Shown: piece by piece, positions 25,838 through 37,199 of the stretch | Layout of the letters: each line of letters starts with the position of its first letter | Position numbering within the stretch: position 1 is the first letter of the stretch | NCBI GenBank assembly: GCA_022821875.1 | Contig: JAJECV010000006.1 | Location: 98,886 to 162,885, forward strand | Source of the DNA: Rhodothermales bacterium | Lineage (GTDB): Bacteria > Bacteroidota > Rhodothermia > Rhodothermales > Bin80 | Reading direction: 5' to 3' | DNA length: 64,000 bases | Notes under the pieces: model-generated | What the model was told of the DNA's origin: nothing | Databases searched by the model: none | What the model saw: only the letters and a program-made list of their open reading frames with translations | Made by a program: the position numbers and the translations under genes

Positions 25838-26792
25838 CCTGCAACCTCAAGGTTCCAAGCATCACGCAAGCGCAACTGCCCATTAAAATTGTCCCGACTA
25901 CCAGATGCGAAGACGAGAGTATGATCTGGATCAAACTCCGGGTTCCCTGTCCAGAATCAAAAAGAAGTACCGTCAGAGTCATTATTCCCAGAACCATTTG
26001 TACCCCCAGGGCAATCAGCATCCACCAGGCTCCGCTGTTCAGGATTGGTTTGTCATGAAAATGTTCACGGATATATCCGCAGGTCACAATAATCAAAGAT
26101 AATGCAGCAACGCTTCCCGAAGCATGAATGAGCACAAAAGTCATGTCCACGCCGGCGCCGGGATGACGCAGCAGGGCCCCCAGCAGGATCTGCACATATA
26201 CGGCGGTCACCGTCACAATGGTCAGCGTACGCAGGTGTTTGATTTCCGGTGAGTGCTCAATGGTGTGTGCCTGCCATCTCTTTGAATTAATCAGTGTGAG
26301 CGCCGCTGCGGTGCAGAAGAAGAGTTGTGCGCCCATTGCATGGACGACTGCCAGATCCATGGATGTCCAGATTACACGGAGTCCTCCAAGGGTTCCCTGT
26401 GCAATGACAAGGCCAACCGCAGACACAGCTGCAATCCGAACCCACCGCCGCGGGTCTGCAATCAGTGTCCACAGGGCCAGTCCAACGATCCAAAGCCCTA
26501 CTAGTGCCCCCAGTAACCGATGCCCGTGCTCGGCCAGAACAGGGCCAACCTGCCACCACTGTGTATCTGGATCGGCAGGATTGCTGTATCCGGTGGCAAG
26601 CGGGTCATAAGACCCGAACGAGGTGGGCCAGTCAGGGACGGCAAGGCCCGCCTCAATACTCGTCACCACGCCGCCCCAACTGACGAGAATGAGGCAAAGA
26701 ACCAGTCCACCTGCTGCATAATGATACCGCAGGCGGGAAGGTAATGTATGAGAATGTAGAACCATGATCAGGAAAAATCCAACCCTAAGCAA
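25827..26792 (-). CDS. ctaA: Heme A synthase (COX15/CtaA)
   Basis: Eight-helix-like membrane protein with a conserved EHGHRLLG His pair and a second HA.G block. Adjacent to ctaB. Confidence 0.75.
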   Translation of the reverse strand: MLRVGFFLIMVLHSHTLPSRLRYHYAAGGLVLCLILVSWGGVVTSIEAGLAVPDWPTSFGSYDPLATGYSNPADPDTQWWQVGPVLAEHGHRLLGALVGLWIVGLALWTLIADPRRWVRIAAVSAVGLVIAQGTLGGLRVIWTSMDLAVVHAMGAQLFFCTAAALTLINSKRWQAHTIEHSPEIKHLRTLTIVTVTAVYVQILLGALLRHPGAGVDMTFVLIHASGSVAALSLIIVTCGYIREHFHDKPILNSGAWWMLIALGVQMVLGIMTLTVLLFDSGQGTRSLIQIILSSSHLVVGTILMGSCACVMLGTLRLQGEQ

Positions 26793-26842
26793 CCCAAATG
26801 CCTGTTATTCTGTTCCACTGCGCAGAACTCTGTAAGGCTGAT

Positions 26843-28213
26843 ATGAGAACACTTATTGAATCAATTTCGGGAATCAGGGGAATCTATGGCGCAGGTCTGG
26901 ATGCACTGGTGCTAGTACGCTACAGTCTGGCGTTTGGTACATTTTGTTTGAATCAGCCGAATCGGCTGCCGAAGCGCATAGTCGTTGGCCGGGATGCCCG
27001 CACTTCGGGCGAGGTATGTTCTCAAATTGTCATTGCAGCTCTTCGCAGTCTGGGAATAGAGGTGATTGATATTGGCTTGGCCCCCACGCCAACTGTAGCG
27101 ATGGCCGTCCTGTTTGAAGAGGCACGCGGGGGGATCATACTCAGTGCGTCCCATAACCCTGAAGAATGGAATGCACTGAAACTGCTCAACCAGAAGAGTG
27201 AGTTTTTGTCGCCAGAAGAGGGGAAGGCCGTGATAAAGATGGCCCGGCAGCCGGAAGCACCGGTACATTCCGAGGCCCAACCGGGGCTCCTGCATGCCAA
27301 TAACTATATTCCAGAGCATATTGATGCAATCCTGGATCTGCCATATTGTCAGCCGGCTGCAATTCAGGCCATGGAGTACACCGTTTTGGTGGATGGAATA
27401 AATTCGGTCGGAGCATTAGCCTTGCCCCCGCTCCTGACTCGTCTCGGGGTCAAGGATGTCTGTCTGATCAATGGTGAGGTTACGGGCCGGTTTGCGCATC
27501 CGGCAGAGCCGCTGCCGGAGCATTTGCGGGGAACGATGGCGCATGTTCAGGAAATGAATGCTGATCTGGGGCTGGTGGTTGATCCAGATGCAGACCGACT
27601 GGCTTTAATTGATGATCAGGGGAACTATGTAAGTGAAGAATTGACGCAGGTCATTGCGGCAGACTTCCTCTGGAAGCGGCGCAGCGGCCCCTATGCGACC
27701 AATCTGTCTTCGTCCCGTGCGATTGATGATGTCGCCGCACGCTATGGAATGTCCGTGTACCGGTCAGCGGTAGGAGAGATTCATGTTGTGAAGACGATGC
27801 AGCAGTACGGGGCCATCCTTGGAGGCGAAGGCAATGGGGGCGTGATTCTGCCTGATCTTCATTATGGGCGGGATGCCTTGGCAGGGGCCATGATGGTGCT
27901 GCAGCATCTGGCGGAGTTGAGGGTGCCACTCTCGGAGTATCGACGCTCCCTGCCCGGGTATGTGATTTCAAAAAACAAGATCACGGTGGATGATCCGGAG
28001 GCGGTGCTTCGGCGGTTTGCCGCGCGGCACGCGCACGAGGATTTGTCCACCGTAGATGGGGTGAAGATAAATTTCTCAAATGGCTGGGTCCATGTACGAA
28101 AGTCGAATACGGAGCCGATTGTGCGTATCTATGCGGAGGGATCCAGCGGGCAGGAGGCCGGAGAACTTGCCCGGTGGTGTATGGACGATATCGGATCGGA
28201 TAAAAAAAGTTAG
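26843..28213 (+). CDS. glmM: Phosphoglucosamine mutase-like phosphohexomutase
   Basis: The start MRTLIESISGIRG (ATG 26843) fits the family. Active-site SASHNPEEWNALK, DPDADRL and GGEGNGG loops. Confidence 0.78.
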   Translation: MRTLIESISGIRGIYGAGLDALVLVRYSLAFGTFCLNQPNRLPKRIVVGRDARTSGEVCSQIVIAALRSLGIEVIDIGLAPTPTVAMAVLFEEARGGIILSASHNPEEWNALKLLNQKSEFLSPEEGKAVIKMARQPEAPVHSEAQPGLLHANNYIPEHIDAILDLPYCQPAAIQAMEYTVLVDGINSVGALALPPLLTRLGVKDVCLINGEVTGRFAHPAEPLPEHLRGTMAHVQEMNADLGLVVDPDADRLALIDDQGNYVSEELTQVIAADFLWKRRSGPYATNLSSSRAIDDVAARYGMSVYRSAVGEIHVVKTMQQYGAILGGEGNGGVILPDLHYGRDALAGAMMVLQHLAELRVPLSEYRRSLPGYVISKNKITVDDPEAVLRRFAARHAHEDLSTVDGVKINFSNGWVHVRKSNTEPIVRIYAEGSSGQEAGELARWCMDDIGSDKKS

Positions 28214-28240
28214 GGGGCGAAGCCTGATGGCCCCGCCCCC
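28213..28240. terminator. Bidirectional hairpin terminator between convergent glmM-like and groEL
   Basis: gggggcg-aagcctgatggccc-cgccccc. On the minus strand it is followed by a T-run (reverse complement of aaaaaaagttag), so it is best placed to terminate groESL. Confidence 0.65.
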
Positions 28241-28264
28241 TTGCAAGCTGTGTGCGAATTCAGG

Positions 28265-29932
<1,668 letters not shown>

Positions 29933-29956
29933 TTAAGATTGATTTAGAAGGATTGG

Positions 29957-30241
29957 TTACTGGATAATACCAAGGATATCGGTCTCCCGCATGATCATAT
30001 ATTCCTGATCATCAAGGGTGACCTCGGTCCCGGAATATTTTCCATACAAAACGACATCGCCGGCTTTGACGGTCATGTCAATTTTGGTGCCGTTTTCAAC
30101 ACGACCCGGCCCAACGGAAAGGACGACTCCCCGCTGTGGCTTTTCCTTGGCCGTATCCGGAATGTAGAGGCCGCTTGCAGTCTGCTCCTGAGCATCCTGC
30201 GCCTGTACGACTACACGATCACTAAGTGGTTGAATTTTCAT
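29957..30241 (-). CDS. groS: Co-chaperonin GroES
   Basis: MKIQPLSDRVVV...GLYIPDTAKEKPQRG...GDVVLYGKYSGTEV. 94 aa, directly upstream of groEL. Confidence 0.95.
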   Translation of the reverse strand: MKIQPLSDRVVVQAQDAQEQTASGLYIPDTAKEKPQRGVVLSVGPGRVENGTKIDMTVKAGDVVLYGKYSGTEVTLDDQEYMIMRETDILGIIQ

Positions 30242-30291
30242 GAGTGTTAAGGGTTAAGTGGTTGATTAGAAAGTAAACGTTTTTGGTTTTG

Positions 30292-30318
30292 TTAGCACTC
30301 TCTTTGTGCGAGTGCTAA
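30292..30318 (-). promoter_or_regulatory. CIRCE operator (HrcA binding site) upstream of groES
   Basis: ttagcactc-tctttgtgc-gagtgctaa is a perfect match to TTAGCACTC-N9-GAGTGCTAA, 51 nt upstream of the groES start. Confidence 0.9.
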
Positions 30319-30493
30319 CAAGAATGCAGCAAATTCATTTTCGCAACGTTGTACAGGATGCTCCGATGAGATGCAACATGCATTCGGATGGGGAGACACT
30401 GCAAACTGTATGCCACACTGAACTATGTCAAAAATAGCAGCATATAAATGCCAAGCTGTCCAGACGGTCGTTCAAGATAGGACAAATTGACGT

Positions 30494-30949
30494 ATGACCA
30501 TTCGTGTAAGCGGGCCTGCCTGGATCGGATCGCTTGTGCTGATGGCGATTTTGCCGGTGCTGGTCAGTCTGCCTCCCTGGCTGAGTGAGCCGATGCAATT
30601 TGCATTGATGCAGATGTTTGATCCGTTTTGTCACCAGATCAGTGAACGTTCTCCTCATCTCCATGGTGTTCAGCTGGCGGTATGCCATCGATGTTACGGG
30701 ATCCTGATTGGCTTGGTTACGGGGCCTGTTGCTGCGCTGATCTGCAGATCATGGAGGGGGAGGAATGCACGTGCATTCATGATTGCCTCTCTGATCCCTC
30801 TGGCATTAGACTGGGGACTGGGGGTTTTGCATGTCTGGCATAACACACCGGGAAGCCGTTTCCTCACGGGAGCCCTTTTTGGTATCATGGCCGGGATTCT
30901 GGTAGCACGGGCGCTGGCATGGCGTGAGATCTCCCATACAGTTCGATGA
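30494..30949 (+). CDS. DUF2085 family membrane protein
   Basis: FCHQISERSPHLHGVQLAVCHRCYGILIG cysteine/histidine motif followed by several TM helices. Confidence 0.7.
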   Translation: MTIRVSGPAWIGSLVLMAILPVLVSLPPWLSEPMQFALMQMFDPFCHQISERSPHLHGVQLAVCHRCYGILIGLVTGPVAALICRSWRGRNARAFMIASLIPLALDWGLGVLHVWHNTPGSRFLTGALFGIMAGILVARALAWREISHTVR

Positions 30950-31144
30950 ATGCCGCTTCGTGGTGCATCTGAAACTCCATGATTTTCGCAAAGGAGAGAA
31001 AATGGTTAAGGTTAGATGCCCCGTTAATGGAAGATGCCGTGATCTGTTCTGATTAAATGGTGGTTTCCCCGGGCATTATTGGGACTTCTTCCCCCAATTA
31101 TGCTGCAGATTGCTTATTATTGGACAGAACAAACACAATTTTCT

Positions 31145-31663
31145 ATGCCTTCAAAAACGCAATCTATTCTGATTGGCGGCTTGGTCGCCGCCGTTATCGG
31201 GACGATCATTCAGGTGATCAGTCATGTTTCCGGTGTCTCTGATCCGGCAAATCCCCAACAGATCATGGGCATGATCTTCGGCTTCATCGGATGTATGGTG
31301 ATGTTAACCAGCGGACTGGTTGCTGTCTGGCACTATACGACCGAAAACGAATTAACACTGACGGGGGGCGAGGGGGTTGGAATCGGCTCACTTGCAGGAA
31401 TCGTATATGCCGCGGTGGGACTGGCTCTGGCGTGGTTGTTAATCCTGTTGAACATACTCCCGTCTCCTCAGGACACGATGGAGATGATACGCGAATCGGG
31501 TGCATTTGACGCGCCTGGTGCGGAGCAGGGAATGGCCTTCGCTGAAATCATGGTAACCTGGGGCGGGCCGGTAATTGCAATCGTCGGGGGAGTTCTGATG
31601 GGGCTGATCGGGGGTGCAATTGGTGCCGCCCTGTTTAAGCACGGTAAAGAGGAGACAGGGTAG
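31145..31663 (+). CDS. Multi-pass membrane protein (hypothetical)
   Basis: Four or five hydrophobic segments and a Gly-rich final helix. The start is uncertain (TTG 31079, ATG 31100 or ATG 31145). Confidence 0.5.
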   Translation: MPSKTQSILIGGLVAAVIGTIIQVISHVSGVSDPANPQQIMGMIFGFIGCMVMLTSGLVAVWHYTTENELTLTGGEGVGIGSLAGIVYAAVGLALAWLLILLNILPSPQDTMEMIRESGAFDAPGAEQGMAFAEIMVTWGGPVIAIVGGVLMGLIGGAIGAALFKHGKEETG

Positions 31664-32219
31664 AGGGCGAGTAGGGGAATTTTGATCGTGATCACATGGG
31701 ATCACGGGAAACCTGCCTGATCACCGAATACTTTGCGGGATGTGCCGGGTACAGGAGACAGATTTCTGTACCGTCTGGGATTGCCTTGCTGCCCCTTGGA
31801 TACAAGAGAAAGATGTGCCCCCTTGTGCAGGCTTTATTCCGCTTCTTGTACGAAGAGAAGCCGGGAGTTTCGTTTCAGGTCGTGTACGGACCATATTGGG
31901 GGCCAAATAACTGAGTGATTGGATTAGAGACAATTGCAGTGATGTACGCGTATACCGAGTACGGAGGAAGCAGAAAGTCGGCCATAGTCTTGATGGCAGA
32001 GAGTTTTCTGGATTCCTTCCGCTAGTTCCAGAAGACAGAAGTGTGTTTTGATGTGTTCATTTAGGATTTTTTCCATGCACGGAGCATGCATTCGTTATCG
32101 TGCAGCGTTTCCCCTCAGGGGACCAGGCAGTGGGGATTCTATCCGCAGTCATGTTAGAATGCTTAACACAGGAACCTTGATGTCTTATGTTCATAGGGAA
32201 CCTTTGAAATGATCAGTTC

Positions 32220-32720
32220 ATGACAGGAATTCTGCTGAAAGAACCAGATCAAAAGGAGGCATTGTCCCGGATATATATGCAAGCACTGGCGGCAAGGGCT
32301 GGTTACTTGACTTCGGTGCCTGTGCCGGACAGGGACAGTGTTGACCTTCGGATTCACGCAGGAGGTGCGCGTCGCCCCGCTCTTGATGTGCAATTGAAAG
32401 CGACAACAACATTCCCAGAGAGCCAAGATGACTTTTTAAGATTCCGGTTGTCAATCAAGAACTACCGTGATCTTCGTCTTGATACACAAACACCCCGGTT
32501 GCTCGTAGTACTAGAATTACCGAAAGACAGGTCGCAGTGGATGACGGTAACTGGTGAAGAACTTGTGCTTCGTCGTCGGGCCTATTGGCTCAGGTTAAAG
32601 CAGGAGAATGAAGAGGTTGTTCATCAGAAGACGGTTACAGTTTACATCCCAAAAGATAATCTATTGGGTGTCGAGTCTCTTCAAAATCTAATGAAAAAAT
32701 CCAGAACGGGGGAACTCTAA
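32220..32720 (+). CDS. DUF4365 (PD-(D/E)xK-like nuclease fold) protein
   Basis: EALSRIYMQALAARAGY...DRDSVDLRI...ALDVQLKATT matches the DUF4365 D...D...Q-x-K pattern. 166 aa. Confidence 0.65.
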   Translation: MTGILLKEPDQKEALSRIYMQALAARAGYLTSVPVPDRDSVDLRIHAGGARRPALDVQLKATTTFPESQDDFLRFRLSIKNYRDLRLDTQTPRLLVVLELPKDRSQWMTVTGEELVLRRRAYWLRLKQENEEVVHQKTVTVYIPKDNLLGVESLQNLMKKSRTGEL

Positions 32721-33838
32721 TGCGAGTTAGTATTCATGACCGAGATGCTTTACTAGCGGTGTCACCAACGGCCCTTTCGGCTTACGCGCGCATCATCGGC
32801 TGGAAACGGCATGATACATATCGTGCACATTCGGATATTTATATTGGCGAAGATCTGCCGGAGATTATTATTCCGCGAACAGAGCGTTTGGGGGACTATG
32901 CGAGTGTGGTAGCAGAATTGATTGAGATGTTTGCTCAGGTTGGTCATCAGGACGAGACTGTTGTATATCGTTCGCTCGTAACCGTGGATCGGGACATCGT
33001 TCGCATGCGAATTGGGGAAAAACAGGATGGTACAGTAAAGTTGAGCAGAGGTATGGACCTCATTGAAGGTGCACACGATATGATTCTGGCAGCGGCATGC
33101 TCAATCAGTGCCCCAAAGGCAGTCTATCGCGCCGGAGCGAATCGCAGCGCAACAGATCTGTTGGATGGTATTCGTTTGGGGCAGACAGATCAGGGAAGTT
33201 TTGTGGTAACGCTGTTAACTCCAGTTGTACCCCCGCCAGTACCTTTATTATTTCCAGATCATTCCGATCAGGATGTACCCATTGAACGTCGACTGATGGT
33301 GCGTCTTCTAGAAGCTTTGATTGCGGTCCGTCTGGCAACAGAGCGGGCAGTATCAGGAGACGGGAGAGCCTTCAGAGAGGCAGTGGAAAGGGGGGTGAGT
33401 GCAAATCTATGTGAGGCGTTAGTCCGAATGATCGGTTCTCTCTCAACTCTGGATATAGGGATATCCTGGGCTCAGAGTCGGCCGATAACCGTGCCGCAGA
33501 ATACCGTATGCTTTGGCGGCAATGATGCACCGATATTACGGGAGGCAGCACGTTCGTTTCGGCAGCATGAGCCGAGACCTGATGTTCGGTTACATGGATA
33601 TGTACGGCTACTGACTCGGGGAGAGAGCGAGGAGCATGGGATGATCCGTTTAAAAACACTCATAGAGAATAAGCAGCAATCCGTGAAAGCGTTTTTGGGA
33701 CGCAGTGATTATGAAAAAGCGGTTCAGGCACACAGGGATAAGGCACTGGTCATTCTTTCCGGTGACCTTGAATGTGTGGGGCAGCGGTGGCAGTTATTGA
33801 ACCCGAACTTAGATGGAGTACTGTACGACACGGATTAG
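32720..33838 (+). CDS. Hypothetical 372-aa partner of the DUF4365 gene
   Basis: Its start overlaps the upstream stop (TAATG), implying translational coupling. I recognise no motif in it. Confidence 0.55.
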   Translation: MRVSIHDRDALLAVSPTALSAYARIIGWKRHDTYRAHSDIYIGEDLPEIIIPRTERLGDYASVVAELIEMFAQVGHQDETVVYRSLVTVDRDIVRMRIGEKQDGTVKLSRGMDLIEGAHDMILAAACSISAPKAVYRAGANRSATDLLDGIRLGQTDQGSFVVTLLTPVVPPPVPLLFPDHSDQDVPIERRLMVRLLEALIAVRLATERAVSGDGRAFREAVERGVSANLCEALVRMIGSLSTLDIGISWAQSRPITVPQNTVCFGGNDAPILREAARSFRQHEPRPDVRLHGYVRLLTRGESEEHGMIRLKTLIENKQQSVKAFLGRSDYEKAVQAHRDKALVILSGDLECVGQRWQLLNPNLDGVLYDTD

Positions 33839-33908
33839 GACAGGCTGCTGAGTACTTGCAGGCGGCCGATAGTTCAGATCCACGGTCCGTATTTGTGATC
33901 ACAGGTGC

Positions 33909-34394
33909 TCAGCGGTACAGGCGAGGCCGCGGGAATCGACGGGCTCCCCTAGGCCGGCCCAGGATCTCGCTCAGAATGATGGCGGTCTGGGCGGATTTCG
34001 GGTCTCTCAGATTACGGATGATCGTGGCAGGTGCGTTTGCTGAAGATCGTCTGGGGGGATCAGCCAACTCTCGTGGCTTGGGCTTCACGGCAGGTTGCGC
34101 AGCCGGTGCAATAAAATCAGGATTCGCGAATCGGGGAGATTCCGGGGGAAGGCCCGCAGGTGCAGGCGTGGTCGGGATATACGCATCAGACCAGTCCGCA
34201 GGTGCAGGCGGTACAGGTGCTGGAGCGACCTCGGTTTGATCCTCCGATGAAGTTTGCAGATCTCGCAGTGCATCGTCAAGCGACCAGGGTTCCTCCTGCT
34301 GCGTCGTTTGCTGCCTTTTCTTGGCAACCCTCCCCAATGCTGTAAACACAAGGTAGAGAATGCCTAGGATGATATAAAGGAGTGTTTCGTTCAT
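33909..34394 (-). CDS. Membrane-anchored proline-rich protein (hypothetical)
   Basis: N-terminal TM helix LLYIILGILYLVFTAL, then a Pro/Ala-rich tail. ATGA overlap with the mutY stop. Confidence 0.5.
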   Translation of the reverse strand: MNETLLYIILGILYLVFTALGRVAKKRQQTTQQEEPWSLDDALRDLQTSSEDQTEVAPAPVPPAPADWSDAYIPTTPAPAGLPPESPRFANPDFIAPAAQPAVKPKPRELADPPRRSSANAPATIIRNLRDPKSAQTAIILSEILGRPRGARRFPRPRLYR

Positions 34395-35473
34395 GATGTG
34401 TCGGCTGCCGGGGCTGCCAGAAGGTTCAGTATATGCCGATTGGCTTTTGGGAAGGCAAACTGGTTCAGTTGATCCGGGGCAGCCCAGGTCGTCACTAACC
34501 CTGCGGTTGATTCCGGCTTACCGTCAATCAATGTGCACTCATAGGCACGTAGCGTAATCCTGAAATGAGAGTATGCGTGTTTCACCGTACCAATCAAATT
34601 TCCTACCGTCACCTGTACTCCAAGTTCCTCTTGCAGTTCACGTGCACAGGTCGCAGGACCCGACTCATCCGGTTTTGCTTTCCCGCCGGGAAGTTCCCAC
34701 AGTCCGCCCAGAAGGCCTTCAGGTGCACGCTGCTGAATAAAGATATGTCCTGCAGCATTGCGAAGCACGGCGACGGCGACATCATAATGGGGAATAGAGA
34801 CCTTCTTCTTTGGTGCCGGGTAAAATTCGGGGGCCCCCTCCGCCCAGGCCATACAATAGTTCTGGACCGGACATCGTGTACACCGCGGGCGTTTCGGGGT
34901 ACATATCTGCGAACCCAGTTCCATCATTGCCTGATTATAATCCCCGGGCCGCCCGGTATGAAGCAATTTATCTGCGAGTTCCTGGACGGAACTGGCCGGG
35001 TTTCCCGTGTGCGTAAACAGGCGGGAGATCACACGACGGACATTTCCATCTACGGCGGCAACCGGCTCATGGAATGCAATGGATGCGATGGCTCTGCTGG
35101 TGTAGGGACCGATCCCGGGCAATGAACGCAAGTCTTCGCAGTTGGATGGAAGCCGGCCCGAAGCAACAATTGTCCGGGCGGCTGCGTGTAGATTGCGTGC
35201 GCGCGCATAGTATCCCAGTCCCTCCCAAATACAGAGGATGTCATCTAGGCTGGCGGCGGCCAGCGCCTCAAGCGTTGGGAATGTATTGAGGAATCGTTCG
35301 TAATAGGACTGGACATATTCCACGCGTGTCTGCTGAAGCATGATCTCTGAAAGCCAGATCTCATACAGACCCGTCTTCCCGCGCCATGGAAGATCACGCT
35401 GGTGGGTATCATACCAGTGCAGGAGTGCTTTCGAGAATGCTCCTGACGTATTTTCATGTATGTGTGTATTCAG
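34391..35473 (-). CDS. mutY: A/G-specific adenine DNA glycosylase
   Basis: HhH-GPD and 4Fe-4S loop (CTPKRPRCTRCPVQNYC) plus a NUDIX-like C-terminus (GGLWELPGGK). The frame stays open upstream of the tracked ATG (35341) and encodes LLHWYDTHQRDLPWR, so the true start is upstream. CTG at 35473 is a guess. Confidence 0.8.
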   Translation of the reverse strand: MNTHIHENTSGAFSKALLHWYDTHQRDLPWRGKTGLYEIWLSEIMLQQTRVEYVQSYYERFLNTFPTLEALAAASLDDILCIWEGLGYYARARNLHAAARTIVASGRLPSNCEDLRSLPGIGPYTSRAIASIAFHEPVAAVDGNVRRVISRLFTHTGNPASSVQELADKLLHTGRPGDYNQAMMELGSQICTPKRPRCTRCPVQNYCMAWAEGAPEFYPAPKKKVSIPHYDVAVAVLRNAAGHIFIQQRAPEGLLGGLWELPGGKAKPDESGPATCARELQEELGVQVTVGNLIGTVKHAYSHFRITLRAYECTLIDGKPESTAGLVTTWAAPDQLNQFAFPKANRHILNLLAAPAADTS

Positions 35474-35486
35474 AACTGTAAAGGGA

Positions 35487-37199
35487 TTGATTTACGGGAT
35501 ACTACGACCTATACGGCGTCGCTGTTCGGATGGAATCCATCTGAGCATAGGAATATTTTGCTGTTGTATGTCTATCATGGCAATTCCAGTTAGTGCGCAA
35601 TGGCAACTTATCGCCGATGGAGCTCCTTGGGACTGGGAGCCGGGCGGTGTAGCGGACAGTACGCTGGCGCTCGAACAGCGCGTGATGCGCATGTTCCATC
35701 AGGAAGGATATTTATATGCTTCGGTTGATTCGCAGGCTGCAGATACACAAACACTTTATGTTTCCCCCGGTCACCGGGCTCAGGTGGGAATAATCCAGTT
35801 GCTAGGGAGCAGCAGGGAGGATTCTGCCCAGATCATGTTACCGCTACATGAGGGAGATTGGCTCACAGCCCGTTCACTGGAGAGGGCAGCAGAGGTCATT
35901 CTGGACTATTATTCAGACGAGGGGTATGTGTTGGCAGAAGTGGAGATAGAAGCACTCATTCCCCGTGACAGCATACGTCATGATGTGATCATCCGTGTGC
36001 GAGAAGGGAATCCTGCCCATCTGGAGGGGGTTGTCCTGCAGGGGGCCAGACGCACGCGACAAACCTATATCTACCACGCCGCCGGATTCGTACCGGGGCA
36101 GGTTCTGAAAAATTTTGATCCAGAAGAGATGCAGCGTAAGCTCGAAGCGACCGGCATATTCAGCCGGGTAGATCTCCCGATGCTGTACAAAGGGACAGAC
36201 AGCAGTGTCGTCATTCACGTACCGGTGAAAGAAAGTCCGCCTGGAGCGTTTGACCTGGCACTGGGGTACGAGCGCACAGAAGGGGGCACGGGGGCGCTGG
36301 TTGGCAGCGGAAGCCTGACACTGCGGAATCTCTTCGGTCAAGCCCGAACTCTGGAACTGACACTGAACCGGGCTCCAGGGCAGTTAGGGTACGTTTTGGT
36401 GCGTGCGGAATCCCCCTTGGTGTTTGGACTGCCACTGAGCTTCGCCGTCTCATTTGAAGGGCTTCAGCAGGATTCCACGTACGGTAAGCGGGATTACGGG
36501 GCCCAATTCGGATACTGGGTGGATCCGTCCATGCGGATCTTTACCAGCGTAACACGCGAAATCACACGTCCTGGACTGGCAGGAGCTGCAACCATCAGCG
36601 GCAGACCGCGAATTCCCGTAGCGAATGCACTGTTTGTGGGAGGAGGAGTGCAGATTCAACAGGTGGATCATGCTTTGAGTCCTACCCGCGGATACCGGCT
36701 CAGCATGCATGCGGAACATGGGCAGAAAGATGTAGAGCATATGGCGGATGCTGCATATGAACAGGGCAGGCTTCGCCAGTCCCGCCTGACGGCGCAGGGG
36801 CGGGTTTATCTTCCTCTGGGCAGGCGCAGCCTTGTTGTCACAGGCGGCGAACTCAGGCTGGTGCGCAGCCGCCAACTTGACGAGAGTGATCTGTTTCGGA
36901 TTGGCGGGGCACAAAGCCTTCGAGGGTATGATGAGCAGCGCTTCCGGGTGCCGTTTGCCGTACGGGCTCTGTTGGAATTCCGGTATTTGCTGGATCCTGT
37001 GACGTACGGGTTTGTTTTTTCCGACCTGGGTTATCTTGACCGTGATTCAGGTTCCCAGTTTGTGGGTGCGTGGTATCCAGGGTTTGGGGCGGGTTTCCAG
37101 CTCAATACTGCCGCAGGGATTATTAACTTTACGCTGGCATTCGCACCGGAGGATGTCTCTGCGGTGCGGGCGCATATTGGATTAAGCCTTGGACTTTAA
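35487..37199 (+). CDS. BamA/TamA-family outer membrane protein (surface antigen D15 domain)
   Basis: C-terminal FRIGGAQSLRGYDEQRF...FVFSDLGY...GFGAGFQL pattern of the Bac_surface_Ag barrel. Signal-like RRRCSDGIHLSIGIFCCCMSIMAIPVSA. The start is TTG 35487 or ATG 35568. Confidence 0.65.
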   Translation: MIYGILRPIRRRCSDGIHLSIGIFCCCMSIMAIPVSAQWQLIADGAPWDWEPGGVADSTLALEQRVMRMFHQEGYLYASVDSQAADTQTLYVSPGHRAQVGIIQLLGSSREDSAQIMLPLHEGDWLTARSLERAAEVILDYYSDEGYVLAEVEIEALIPRDSIRHDVIIRVREGNPAHLEGVVLQGARRTRQTYIYHAAGFVPGQVLKNFDPEEMQRKLEATGIFSRVDLPMLYKGTDSSVVIHVPVKESPPGAFDLALGYERTEGGTGALVGSGSLTLRNLFGQARTLELTLNRAPGQLGYVLVRAESPLVFGLPLSFAVSFEGLQQDSTYGKRDYGAQFGYWVDPSMRIFTSVTREITRPGLAGAATISGRPRIPVANALFVGGGVQIQQVDHALSPTRGYRLSMHAEHGQKDVEHMADAAYEQGRLRQSRLTAQGRVYLPLGRRSLVVTGGELRLVRSRQLDESDLFRIGGAQSLRGYDEQRFRVPFAVRALLEFRYLLDPVTYGFVFSDLGYLDRDSGSQFVGAWYPGFGAGFQLNTAAGIINFTLAFAPEDVSAVRAHIGLSLGL

